NCBI GenBank assembly: GCA_015491615.1
Contig: WFVN01000011.1
Coordinates: forward strand, 1-41,012
Source of the DNA: Gammaproteobacteria bacterium
GTDB lineage: Bacteria; Pseudomonadota; Gammaproteobacteria; S012-40
Direction: 5' to 3'
DNA: 41,012 bases
The translations under genes and the position numbers were made by a program. Numbering within the stretch: position 1 is the first letter of the stretch; every line of letters starts with the position of its first letter. The notes under the pieces are model-generated. The model ran no database searches. It saw only the letters and a program-made list of their open reading frames with translations, and had not been told where the DNA came from. Below, piece by piece: positions 25,796-34,621 of the stretch.

Positions 25796-27124
25796 ATGTC
25801 CAAGGTCCAATCGGTGTTCAGGATCCAGCCGGCGAAGGGCAACGCGCTGCGCACCCACCGCCTGCATCGGATGCGCCGTGCCACTCAATTAGGCACTTTG
25901 TTGCTCCTGGTGCTCATTCCTGTCAGCGGTCTCTTCCGCATCGACCCGGTGGACGGTGCCTTTGTCGTCCTCGACCGGCAGATCTGGTTCTCCGATTTTT
26001 TCATCGTCGTCGGTCTTTGGTTGGCGATGGCAAGCGGGTTGGTGATTACTTACTCCATGTTGGGGATGGTGTTCTGCGGCTGGGCCTGTCCGCAGAATAC
26101 CCTTTCCGAGTGGGCCAACGAAATGACCCATCGGTGGCTGGGGCGCCGGGCCGAGGTGACCCTGGACGGTGCCAAGATGGACGTGGCCCAGCGCAAGAAC
26201 ACCCCCCTCAATTGGGTCATCTTGGGGGCCTTGTACTGGGGGGTGTCGATGTTGCTCGCCCTTATCCCCCTATTCTATTTCTATCCCCCGGACGTGGTAT
26301 GGTCTTTCGTCACCTTCCGTGAGGACGAGCGTCTCGCCGGTTCGCTCCACTACATCTATTTCGTCTTCACTCTCATCATTTTCTTGAACATCGCTTTCAT
26401 TCGGCACTTCATGTGCCGGTTCATGTGCATCTACAAAATCTGGCAACACGGTTTCAAGACCAAGGACACTCTCCACATCGCCTATGACGCTTCGCGCAAG
26501 GCCGATTGCGAAAAGTGCAGCAAATTGTGCGAAGCGCAATGTTTCTTGGGGTTGGACCCCAAGAACACTGAGACCTACGATGCCTGTATCAACTGCGGTG
26601 AATGTATCGTCGCTTGCGATGCCGTCCATGCCAAGAAGGGAGAGCCTGGGCTGCTGCGTTTCGAGGTGGGCGAACGACAGTCGGCCCGCTTGGCCGCTTT
26701 TCGCACCAACCTGGGAAGTTTCGTCGGTCGGGTCCGCTGGACCATTCCCTTCACCGCGCTCGGCATCGGGATGTTCGTTTGGGGCCTCTACACCTACGAG
26801 CCAGAGCGCCTCACCGTCTATCAGGACGCGGAGGCAGGGCGTCAGGTGCACGACCGCTATCGGATCAACGTTGCCCACAAGCTGTACCGACCGGCGGAGG
26901 TGACGCTGGCCGTGGAGGGCCTGCCGGAGGGGAGTTATCGGCTCGAGCGTGACAGGATCTTTTTCCAGTCCACCGGTCGTGTCGATGTGCGTCTCTATCT
27001 CACGTCCCGGTTGGAGCCGGGCGTGCACACGTTTCTGGTCCGGGCGCGTTCCAGTGAAGGCTGGTCGGACGCGTTCCGGGTTCGTCATTTCGTCGCCGCT
27101 GGCGACGTGCAACAGGAGGGGTGA
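25796..27124 (+). CDS. ccoG: CcoG/FixG-like membrane iron-sulfur protein (cbb3 oxidase accessory, cupric-reductase family)
   Basis: Motifs FCGWACPQNT, MCRFMCIYKIWQ (variant of C..CPYARFQ), CEKCSKLCEAQC and CINCGECIVAC are present. A C-terminal TM helix and an Ig-like domain (FixG_C-like) follow. Confidence 0.8.
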   Translation: MSKVQSVFRIQPAKGNALRTHRLHRMRRATQLGTLLLLVLIPVSGLFRIDPVDGAFVVLDRQIWFSDFFIVVGLWLAMASGLVITYSMLGMVFCGWACPQNTLSEWANEMTHRWLGRRAEVTLDGAKMDVAQRKNTPLNWVILGALYWGVSMLLALIPLFYFYPPDVVWSFVTFREDERLAGSLHYIYFVFTLIIFLNIAFIRHFMCRFMCIYKIWQHGFKTKDTLHIAYDASRKADCEKCSKLCEAQCFLGLDPKNTETYDACINCGECIVACDAVHAKKGEPGLLRFEVGERQSARLAAFRTNLGSFVGRVRWTIPFTALGIGMFVWGLYTYEPERLTVYQDAEAGRQVHDRYRINVAHKLYRPAEVTLAVEGLPEGSYRLERDRIFFQSTGRVDVRLYLTSRLEPGVHTFLVRARSSEGWSDAFRVRHFVAAGDVQQEG

Positions 27125-27127
27125 GCC

Positions 27128-27565
27128 ATGAAGGTACCCGATCCGACCGAATACAACCGTTCCGTCAAGCCCGTCGAAGGTAGTGAATGGGGCAAGGTGC
27201 CGGAAGACAACTTCGGTTACGAATCCGACGAGGAACGCCGTAACAAACGAGGCCTGGAGGATTGGGAGCTCGTCGAGTACATACCCGAATCGCAAAGACG
27301 GGTGCCCCCCTGGTTTCTCGCCGTGGTGGCGGTGGTCCTATTGGTGGCCGTGGGGCTGAGCTTTCCCTTCTGGGGTGACCGTCCGGGCTACGAGCGTGAC
27401 TGGGTGAACTGGGGTTTCGGAGCCGCCCTGTTGTACATCGTCGTGGCGGCGTCTTTCGTCTATTTCATGGTCAATCTCTACGGCTCCAAGCTGGCCGGTC
27501 GCCTCGATTCGGACAAGGCCAAGGAGGGCCGGGACGACCAGGATGAAAAGGGCGAAAAGCCTTGA
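27128..27565 (+). CDS. Second heme-less FixP_N-like membrane protein
   Basis: RRVPPWFLAVVAVVLLVAVGLSFPFWGDRP parallels RLPVPVVGLLALTIITAFMITFPLWGHRP of ORF 19036. The core FP.WG.RP region matches at 6/10 by hand count. There are no Cys residues, two TM helices and a charged C-terminal tail. Confidence 0.6.
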   Translation: MKVPDPTEYNRSVKPVEGSEWGKVPEDNFGYESDEERRNKRGLEDWELVEYIPESQRRVPPWFLAVVAVVLLVAVGLSFPFWGDRPGYERDWVNWGFGAALLYIVVAASFVYFMVNLYGSKLAGRLDSDKAKEGRDDQDEKGEKP

Positions 27566-27861
27566 TCGATCGAGTTTTGCCCTTGAGCTTGGCCTTCGTG
27601 GTGACTGCTTGCCAGCCGGCGCAGGCACCGCCACGCCAACCCCTGCCGGACGCTGATTCTCCCGAGGCACGCCTGGTGGCGGAGCGTTGCGGTCAGTGTC
27701 ATGCGCCCCCGGCCCCCTCGCGTCACAGCGCCGAGGAATGGCCCTCGGTGGTGGAGCGTATGCGGGTGCACATGGTGCGCCAAGCGAATCAGATCTTGAG
27801 CGATGAGGAAACGCGCATCGTGCTGGATTACCTCATGAAACACGCGAGGACCGAATCATGA
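27562..27861 (+). CDS. Lipoprotein monoheme cytochrome c
   Basis: The TTG start overlaps the preceding stop. It has the lipobox FVVTAC, a single CGQCH, and downstream Met/His candidates (VVERMRVHM). Confidence 0.6.
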   Translation: MIDRVLPLSLAFVVTACQPAQAPPRQPLPDADSPEARLVAERCGQCHAPPAPSRHSAEEWPSVVERMRVHMVRQANQILSDEETRIVLDYLMKHARTES

Positions 27862-28256
27862 AAGCCTTGACCGTCATTTGGCTGTTGACCGTCGCCCTGT
27901 TGGTTGCCTGTGGGAACGGTCGCGGTACTCTCCCGGCGCAGAAGTGGGGGGAAAACATCGTCCAGGTGGAGGTGCGTCCCTCGACACCGCGGGTGGGGAT
28001 GAACGAGTTCCTGGTGGTGGTGAGCGATGCGCGCCGTCGTCCGGTACACGATCTCATCGTTTCCCTTCGTGCCGGCGACGACCAGAAATGGCGCCAGGCC
28101 ATCCAAGATGGGCGCACCGGAGTCTATCGTCGTGCTGTGCGTGTGGACGACCCGCGTACTCAGATCCTGCAGGTGAAACTCCAGCGCCGCAACGGCGAGG
28201 AGACCCTCTTGCGCTTCCCCATCGCCGCCGCCTTCGAGGGCCCCTCAGGTGGATAG
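27858..28256 (+). CDS. FixH/YtkA-like Ig-fold lipoprotein
   Basis: The ATG overlaps the preceding stop (ATGA). It has the lipobox LLVAC. VEVRPSTPRVGMNEFLVVVSDARRRPVHDL resembles the YtkA/FixH-type domain pattern (P..G.N.F.V.V.D..G.PV). Confidence 0.5.
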   Translation: MKALTVIWLLTVALLVACGNGRGTLPAQKWGENIVQVEVRPSTPRVGMNEFLVVVSDARRRPVHDLIVSLRAGDDQKWRQAIQDGRTGVYRRAVRVDDPRTQILQVKLQRRNGEETLLRFPIAAAFEGPSGG

Positions 28257-29465
28257 GCGGTTGCGTCCTTTCTGTTTGGCCCGGTAGAGGGCCTGGTCGG
28301 CGGCCTTGATGACCGTCTCCGGGTCGCTTCCCGGTTCCGATTCGGCCATCCCGATGCTGATGGTCACGTGCACTTGTTTCACCGGCCCGCCCGGAGGCTG
28401 TGGGCGTCTGGGTTTTTTGTTGGGCCGGTCTTTCCCGCGCAGGATCATGTGCGAGTTGTCCACTGCCTCACGGACGTTGGAAAGAAAAGGGAAGGCCTGT
28501 TTGATGCCCTTGTTGGGGAAGATGATGGAGAACTCCTCCCCACCGTAGCGGAAGGCCTTGCCGCCGCCCCCCACCTGGCGGATCTTCGATGCCACCATCT
28601 TTAGGACTTGGTCTCCCACGTCGTGGCCGTAGGTGTCGTTGAAGGCCTTGAAGTGGTCCACGTCCACCATCGCCACTGTGTACTGCCCACGCAAGCGGCG
28701 TAGCGTTTCGTTGAGCGCCCGTCGCCCGGGCAGATTGGTGAGTTCGTCCATGTAGGCGAGCTGGTAGGAGTGATAGGCCAGGGTGATGGCCAGGATCAGT
28801 TCGGCGGCGCCGAAGAACACCGGCCCGGCGCTGGAGACGTTGAAAAAATGGAGGGCCAGGGCCACGGCGACGAGGCTGCCGAGGCTGCCGCCGGCAAGGG
28901 CGTTGCGCCGTTGTGCCATTTGCGTCAGGGTCCATGCCAGAGCCATGGCGAGGGCGATGAGGCCGAGCTGGGGGATGGGGGTGAGTTGGGCGAGGCGCGG
29001 TTCCAGTACAACTTCGAAGGCGAGGACGGTGAAGGCCGGTCCCGGCCAGTGTTCCAATACCCAGGCGGTGGCCACCACTTGACCCAGGATCATTGCCCAA
29101 GCGAACAGGCCGTGCGGAGAAAGCAGACCGCGTTCGGCACGGCTGTTTACCCAGGCCAGGTTCAGAGGTAGCAGCACGCACAGGGCCAGGTAGACCAAGT
29201 CCCCCTCGTCGGGGGGCAGGCCCTGGGCGGTGCGATAGGACCAATAGCCCACCATCACCACCAGGGCGCCGAGCACTACCCGCTGACGATCGAAAATGAC
29301 TCCCAGGACCATCGCCGTGACACCCAGCAGGTAGGGGGCGATGGGCATGAGGTCGGCGGCCAGCCCCTGGAGGTGCCCGGCTAGGGGGAGGGCGGCGTAG
29401 GCCGCCGCCACCAGGACCAACGGGCCCATGAATTGGACGAAGCGGTTGTTCGCGACGATGGTCAC
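28245..29465 (-). CDS. Membrane-bound diguanylate cyclase (GGDEF domain)
   Basis: About six N-terminal TM helices are followed by DELTNLPGRRA, VDVDHFKAFNDTYGH, the active site RYGGEEF, and ADQALYRAKQKGRNR. The GTG start at 29465 is uncertain. The 3' end overlaps the convergent FixH-like gene by 12 nt. Confidence 0.85.
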   Translation of the reverse strand: MTIVANNRFVQFMGPLVLVAAAYAALPLAGHLQGLAADLMPIAPYLLGVTAMVLGVIFDRQRVVLGALVVMVGYWSYRTAQGLPPDEGDLVYLALCVLLPLNLAWVNSRAERGLLSPHGLFAWAMILGQVVATAWVLEHWPGPAFTVLAFEVVLEPRLAQLTPIPQLGLIALAMALAWTLTQMAQRRNALAGGSLGSLVAVALALHFFNVSSAGPVFFGAAELILAITLAYHSYQLAYMDELTNLPGRRALNETLRRLRGQYTVAMVDVDHFKAFNDTYGHDVGDQVLKMVASKIRQVGGGGKAFRYGGEEFSIIFPNKGIKQAFPFLSNVREAVDNSHMILRGKDRPNKKPRRPQPPGGPVKQVHVTISIGMAESEPGSDPETVIKAADQALYRAKQKGRNRLST

Positions 29466-29511
29466 CTGTGCCCCCGGATGATGCGGTGGGACCGCCCGGG
29501 ATGGGCGGCGC

Positions 29512-31524
29512 CTAATCTATATCGCGGAAACAGGGGGCTTCTTTAGCGATGAATTGGCGGTGCAGGATCTGGGTGCTGAGGACGAGCATGAGCAGCCACT
29601 CCTGGCGCATGCGCCGATGGTACGCGTCCGGGGTATCCGGCGGAGGAGACGTGCGCAGGGCCCGGTCCAGGCGTTCCACCTGCGCCGGGTCGAACAGGCC
29701 GGCGGCCTCCACGGTCGGGCGTTCCAGGTAGGGGGCGAGCCGTTCGCGCTGGTGTTCGGTGGCGAAGAACCAGGCGTGGATGGGGGTGTAGAAGGCCTGT
29801 TTCTTGTACTGGGTCTCCAGGGCCGGCAGGTGCGGGGTGGCTAGGCGCTTGAGCAGGTATTTCTCGTCCAGGCCGTTGAGCTTGAAGACGGGCGGCATGG
29901 CGGCGGCGAGCTCCACCAACGGGTGGTCCAGGAAGGGCACGCGCGCCTCCACCCCATGGGCCATGGACAGGCGGTCGCTCTTCCACAGGATCCAGCCGGG
30001 CAGGCGCGTCTTGGCCTCCAGGTAGAGGGAGCGGTCCAGTGGGTGGAGGCCGGCCAGGCGGGGCTTGAGGGTCTCGGCCAGGCGTTCCAGTTGCGCCACC
30101 CCGCCGGCGTCGCGCAAATCGGGGCGCAGCAAGGGCGGGGCCTCGTCGCGGAGGATTTGCCAGAAATCGTACCAGGCAGGGTAGCAGCCGTAGCGCCGCT
30201 CCACCCGGCGCTGGTTGGCGGGGCGGTGCAGGCGCAGGAGCAGGCGCATGTGCTCGGGCGGGAAGTACTGGGTGAAGTGGTTCAAGTAGAGGGCCTCGCG
30301 CGCCTGCATGTTGGGCTGTTCGTTGCCCATGAGGCGCATGGTGTCCTGGCGGAAGCAGTCGTAGCCGGCGAAGATCTCGTCCGAACCATCGCCGGTGAAG
30401 ACCACCTTGCGCCCGTCCTGCGCGGTGAGATCGGAGAGGAGGAAGTGGGGCAGGTCCACCGCTAGGCGCTGGGGTTGTTCCAGGTGGTAGAGGGTCCGCT
30501 CGAGGATGGGGACGTAGCCGCCGTCGGGGTCGGCGTGCAATTCCAGGACGCGGTTGTCCACTCCCAGATGGGCGGCGATGGCCTGGATGCGCGGGCGCTC
30601 GTCCAGATTCGGGTCATCGAAGACGATGGAATAGGTGCGCGGCGGGGCGTGCCCCGCGCGGGTGAGACAGTCGCGCAGCTTCCAGGTAACCGCCGCCGAG
30701 TCGATGCCGCCGGAGAGGTAGGCGGCGATGGGGGCCTCGCCGATGGTGTGGGAGCAGACGGCGTCCTCGAAGGCCCCGCCCAGGCGTTCCAGCCAGGCCA
30801 CCTCGTCCGCCTCGTCGGGGCGCTCGTCTTCGTTGGGGAAACGCAGGTCCCAGTACTGTGCCAGGCGCAGATCGCCCTCCGGGGCGAGGGTGAGGTGGTG
30901 GCCCGGCGGTAGCTCGCGTACGCCGCGAAAGGGGGTGTGGGGGGTGACGTTGAACTGGTGGTGGAAGTAGCCGGCGAGGGCGTCCAGGTCCCAGGCCGGT
31001 TCCACCAGGCCGGAGGCGAACAGGCCCTTCATCTCCGAGGCCAGGACCAAGGTCCGGCGGACCGCGTCCCAGTGATAGAAGAGCGGTTTGATGCCCAGGC
31101 GGTCGCGGGCCGCGAACAGGGTGCGGTCGATGCGATCGTAGATGGCGAAGGCGAACATGCCCCGCAGCCGGTGCACGCAGGCGGGTCCTTCCCGGCGGTA
31201 GAGGGCAAGGATCACCTCGGTGTCGGAGCGGGTGCGGAAGCGTTCGCCGCGGGCGGTGAGCTCACGGCGCAGCTCGGTGTAATTGTAGATCTCTCCGTTG
31301 AAGACGATGACATGGCGCCCGTGTACGTCGTGCATGGGTTGCGCGCCGCCGCGTACATCGACGATGGCCAGGCGCGTGTGGGCCAGGCCGATGCCGCCCT
31401 CGCGCCACACCCCCGACCCGTCCGGCCCGCGGTGGGCGAGGGCGCGGTTCATGCGCCGCAGCGGGTCTTCAGGTACTGCCGGGGCGTCGTGGCGGGCGTG
31501 GAAGATGGCGGCGATGCCGCACAT
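29512..31524 (-). CDS. Asparagine synthase (glutamine-hydrolysing), long form
   Basis: It has the N-terminal nucleophile MCGI, the class-II amidotransferase pattern (RGPD, HTRLAIVD, FNGEIYN) and the PP-loop YLSGGIDSAAV. At 670 aa it is longer than classical AsnB. Confidence 0.85.
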   Translation of the reverse strand: MCGIAAIFHARHDAPAVPEDPLRRMNRALAHRGPDGSGVWREGGIGLAHTRLAIVDVRGGAQPMHDVHGRHVIVFNGEIYNYTELRRELTARGERFRTRSDTEVILALYRREGPACVHRLRGMFAFAIYDRIDRTLFAARDRLGIKPLFYHWDAVRRTLVLASEMKGLFASGLVEPAWDLDALAGYFHHQFNVTPHTPFRGVRELPPGHHLTLAPEGDLRLAQYWDLRFPNEDERPDEADEVAWLERLGGAFEDAVCSHTIGEAPIAAYLSGGIDSAAVTWKLRDCLTRAGHAPPRTYSIVFDDPNLDERPRIQAIAAHLGVDNRVLELHADPDGGYVPILERTLYHLEQPQRLAVDLPHFLLSDLTAQDGRKVVFTGDGSDEIFAGYDCFRQDTMRLMGNEQPNMQAREALYLNHFTQYFPPEHMRLLLRLHRPANQRRVERRYGCYPAWYDFWQILRDEAPPLLRPDLRDAGGVAQLERLAETLKPRLAGLHPLDRSLYLEAKTRLPGWILWKSDRLSMAHGVEARVPFLDHPLVELAAAMPPVFKLNGLDEKYLLKRLATPHLPALETQYKKQAFYTPIHAWFFATEHQRERLAPYLERPTVEAAGLFDPAQVERLDRALRTSPPPDTPDAYHRRMRQEWLLMLVLSTQILHRQFIAKEAPCFRDID

Positions 31525-31662
31525 GGCAGAACCTCAAAGATTAAAGATTTACACACCCGGGTCGAGAAGAGTGCTAGAGGGCGTGCATGCGTACTTCGGA
31601 ATTTGCGTCGCCCGAGGGACGGGGTCAAGCCCCCTCGAGTTTGCGAAACAAGGGAGAGCGGG

Positions 31663-32343
31663 ATGCGTACGATCATGGTCGTCAATGCCAAGGGCGGTTC
31701 GGGCAAGAGCACCCTGGCCACCCACCTGGCCGGTTACTTCGCCCGCCAGGGGCAGACCGCCCTGAAGGATCTCGATCCGCAGGGGTCGAGCAACGACTGG
31801 CTCGCTCAGCGCAGTGCCTCGTTGCCGACCATCCACGGCATTCGCGAGCGCACCACGGGGCCGGCCATGACTCGCACCTGGCAGTTACGCGCCCCTATGC
31901 ACACCCGGTGGCAGGTGGTGGACACCCCGGGCGGGTTCGATCCCAACCGCTTCGTCACCGAGGTGCGCAAGGCGGACCGTCTACTCATCCCGGTCGTCCC
32001 CTCGCCCATCGACATCCGTGCCACCGCCGCCTTCCTCAAGACCCTGGCCCAGTTCCGGCGCGCCTACGCGCCCCACCTTCCCTGGGGCGTGGTGGCCAAC
32101 CGGGTGGCCCCCATGAGCCCCGCCTTCTTCACCCTGCAGCGTATCTTTACCAATCTGGACATCCCCTTCGTCGCCTCCCTGAGTGAGTCCATGGTGTATT
32201 TGCGTGCCGCCCAGGAGGGCCTGTCCCTGTGGGACATGGACGAGGAGGAGACGGCCCGCGAGCGGCAGGAGTGGGCACCGCTCCTTTCCTGGGTGGAGGG
32301 GGAGGACCACACCGCCGCCACCGCCGCGGCGGCGGTCGAATGA
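31663..32343 (+). CDS. ParA/MinD-family P-loop ATPase (orphan)
   Basis: It has the deviant Walker A VVNAKGGSGKSTLA and Walker B-like VVDTPGG. The ATG at 31663 follows AAGGGAGAG. The upstream part of track ORF 30937..32343 is antisense to the asparagine synthase gene. Confidence 0.8.
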   Translation: MRTIMVVNAKGGSGKSTLATHLAGYFARQGQTALKDLDPQGSSNDWLAQRSASLPTIHGIRERTTGPAMTRTWQLRAPMHTRWQVVDTPGGFDPNRFVTEVRKADRLLIPVVPSPIDIRATAAFLKTLAQFRRAYAPHLPWGVVANRVAPMSPAFFTLQRIFTNLDIPFVASLSESMVYLRAAQEGLSLWDMDEEETARERQEWAPLLSWVEGEDHTAATAAAAVE

Positions 32344-32344
32344 G

Positions 32345-33865
32345 TCATTCCGGCGCTAGGAACAGGCGATAGGCCGGGTTGTCGTTCTCGTCCCAATAGG
32401 GGTAGCCGAGGCCATCCAGGAAGTCCTGGAAGGCCGCCCGGTCCTCGGGTGGTACCTGCATCCCTACCAACACTCGTCCGTAGGCGGCCCCATGATTGCG
32501 GTAATGGAACAGGGAGATGTTCCAGCGTTCGCCCATGTGGTTGAGAAAGCGCAGCAGGGCGCCGGGACGCTCCGGGAATTCAAAACGATACAGGTGTTCG
32601 TGGCGGGCGCGTTCGGCGTGTCCACCAATCATGTCGCGCACGTGGATCTTGGCCAGTTCGTTGCCGCTCAGGTCCACCACCTCGAAGCCTTCGGCGGCGA
32701 TGCGCTCGATGAGCTGGGCCTTCTCTCCCGAGCCCTCCCGTAATTGCACGCCGGCGAACACGCGCGCCTTCTGTGGGTCGTGGTAGCGGTAGTTGAACTC
32801 GGTGATGTGGCGGGTACCGATGAGGTGGCAGAAGCGTCGGAAGCTACCCGGGCGCTCGGGGATGGTCACCCCCAGGAGGATCTCCCGCCCCTCGCCCAGT
32901 TGCGCCCGGTCGGCCACGTGCCGCAGACGGTCGAAGTTCATGTTGGCGCCGCTGTCCACTGCCACCAGGGTCTCGCCCCGCCTCCCCTCGCGCGCCACGT
33001 ATTGTTTGAGCCCGGCCACCGCCAGGGCACCGGAGGGTTCGGCGATGGCGCGGGTGTCCTCGAAGATGTCCTGGATGGCGGCGCAGATGGCGTCCTCGTC
33101 CACCAGCAACACCTCGTCCACCAGTTCGCGGGCGAGGCGGAAGGGTTCCTCCCCCACCTGCCGCACCGCCACCCCGTCGGCGAAGATGCCCACCTGTGGC
33201 AGTACCACCCGCTCCCCCGTTCGCAGGGCCTCGTACAGGCAGGCGGCATCCACCGGCTCTACCCCGATGACACGGATCTCCGGCCGCAGGGCCTTGATGT
33301 AGGCAGCCATGCCGGCGATGAGCCCGCCCCCGCCCACCGGCACGAAGACCGCGTGGATGGGGTCGGGGTGCTGGCGCAGGATCTCCATCGCCACCGTGCC
33401 CTGGCCGGCGATCACTTCCGGATCGTCGTAGGGGGGGATGAAGGTGAGACCGCGCTCCGTGGCCAGGCGCTGCGCCTGCTCGTGTGCCTCGTCGTAGGTG
33501 TTGCCGTGCAGGACCACCTCGCTGCCCAGGCTGCGCACCGCTTCCACCTTGATGGCGGGGGTGGTCTTGGGCATGACGATGACGGTGGGGATCTTAAGGC
33601 GCGCGCCGGCCAAGGCCACCCCTTGGGCGTGATTACCGGCGGAGGCGGCGATGACCCCGGCCGAGCGCCGTTCCGGGGGCAGGTGGAAGATCTTGTTGAA
33701 GGCGCCCCGCAGCTTGAAGGAAAACACCGGTTGCAAGTCCTCCCGCTTGAGAAGGACCCGGTTGCCGGTGCGTTCGCTGAGGCGCGGCGCGGGGTCCAAG
33801 GGCGTCTCGTCGGCCACGTCGTACACGCGGGCCTTGAGGATGCGCTCCAGGTAACGGATCTTCAT
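32345..33865 (-). CDS. ilvA: Threonine ammonia-lyase, biosynthetic
   Basis: It has the PLP-lysine context [10 protein letters not shown], plus [10 protein letters not shown] and GGGGLIAG. Two C-terminal ACT-like regulatory repeats are present ([12 protein letters not shown] type). The start is at [10 protein letters not shown] (33865). Confidence 0.93.
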   Translation of the reverse strand: MKIRYLERILKARVYDVADETPLDPAPRLSERTGNRVLLKREDLQPVFSFKLRGAFNKIFHLPPERRSAGVIAASAGNHAQGVALAGARLKIPTVIVMPKTTPAIKVEAVRSLGSEVVLHGNTYDEAHEQAQRLATERGLTFIPPYDDPEVIAGQGTVAMEILRQHPDPIHAVFVPVGGGGLIAGMAAYIKALRPEIRVIGVEPVDAACLYEALRTGERVVLPQVGIFADGVAVRQVGEEPFRLARELVDEVLLVDEDAICAAIQDIFEDTRAIAEPSGALAVAGLKQYVAREGRRGETLVAVDSGANMNFDRLRHVADRAQLGEGREILLGVTIPERPGSFRRFCHLIGTRHITEFNYRYHDPQKARVFAGVQLREGSGEKAQLIERIAAEGFEVVDLSGNELAKIHVRDMIGGHAERARHEHLYRFEFPERPGALLRFLNHMGERWNISLFHYRNHGAAYGRVLVGMQVPPEDRAAFQDFLDGLGYPYWDENDNPAYRLFLAPE

Positions 33866-33965
33866 GGACGGGGTGGATCCTCGGGTGGGGCGGGCGCTTT
33901 CTTCCCGCCCGGCGAGTGGGTATGCTTTGACCGAGCCCAATGATAACAATTTATTAGGAGCGGAG

Positions 33966-34619
33966 ATGAATCAGGACGAACTCAAGAAGGCGGTGGCCAA
34001 GGCGGCCCTGGATTATGTGCAGCCCGGCACCATCGTCGGGGTGGGAACGGGTTCCACCGCCAATTACTTCATCGACTACCTGGCCGAGATCAAGCACCGC
34101 ATCGAGGGGACGGTGGCCAGTTCCGAGGCTTCTGCCGAGCGCCTGCGCGCCCATGGCATTCCCGTGTTCGATCTGAACGAAGTGGACGGGGTGGCGGTCT
34201 ACGTGGATGGGGCCGACGAGACGACCATACACCGCCACCTCATCAAGGGTGGGGGCGGCGCGCTCACCCGCGAAAAGGTCGTCGCCGCGGTGGCGCGCAA
34301 GTTCGTGTGCATCGCCGACCAGACCAAGCTGGTGGATGTGCTGGGCGCCTTCCCCTTGCCCCTGGAGGTGATCCCCATGGCACGTTCCTACATCGCCCGT
34401 GAGATGGTCAAACTGGGTGGGCGGCCGGAATGGCGGCAGGGGTTCGTGACGGACAACGGCAACCACATCCTGGATGTGCACAATTTGAAGATTCTCGATC
34501 CGGTGGCCATGGAAAGCGAGCTGAACCAGTACGCCGGCATGGTGACCGTGGGCATCTTCGCCCGCCGTCCGGCGGACGTGCTCCTGTTGGGCACCGAGGA
34601 CGGAGTGAAGACGATCTGA
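33966..34619 (+). CDS. rpiA: Ribose-5-phosphate isomerase A
   Basis: RpiA motifs [20 protein letters not shown] and [12 protein letters not shown] are present. Confidence 0.93.
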   Translation: MNQDELKKAVAKAALDYVQPGTIVGVGTGSTANYFIDYLAEIKHRIEGTVASSEASAERLRAHGIPVFDLNEVDGVAVYVDGADETTIHRHLIKGGGGALTREKVVAAVARKFVCIADQTKLVDVLGAFPLPLEVIPMARSYIAREMVKLGGRPEWRQGFVTDNGNHILDVHNLKILDPVAMESELNQYAGMVTVGIFARRPADVLLLGTEDGVKTI

Positions 34620-34621
34620 GC

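Noticed and set aside
10547-28256. Prophage, integrative element, transposon or CRISPR content in the low-GC island.
   Set aside because: No integrase, recombinase, transposase, phage structural, cas or tRNA genes are present. I saw no spaced direct-repeat array or terminal inverted repeats by eye. The only simple repeat noticed, (TTG)5 at 23011-23025, encodes a Leu run inside a TM helix.
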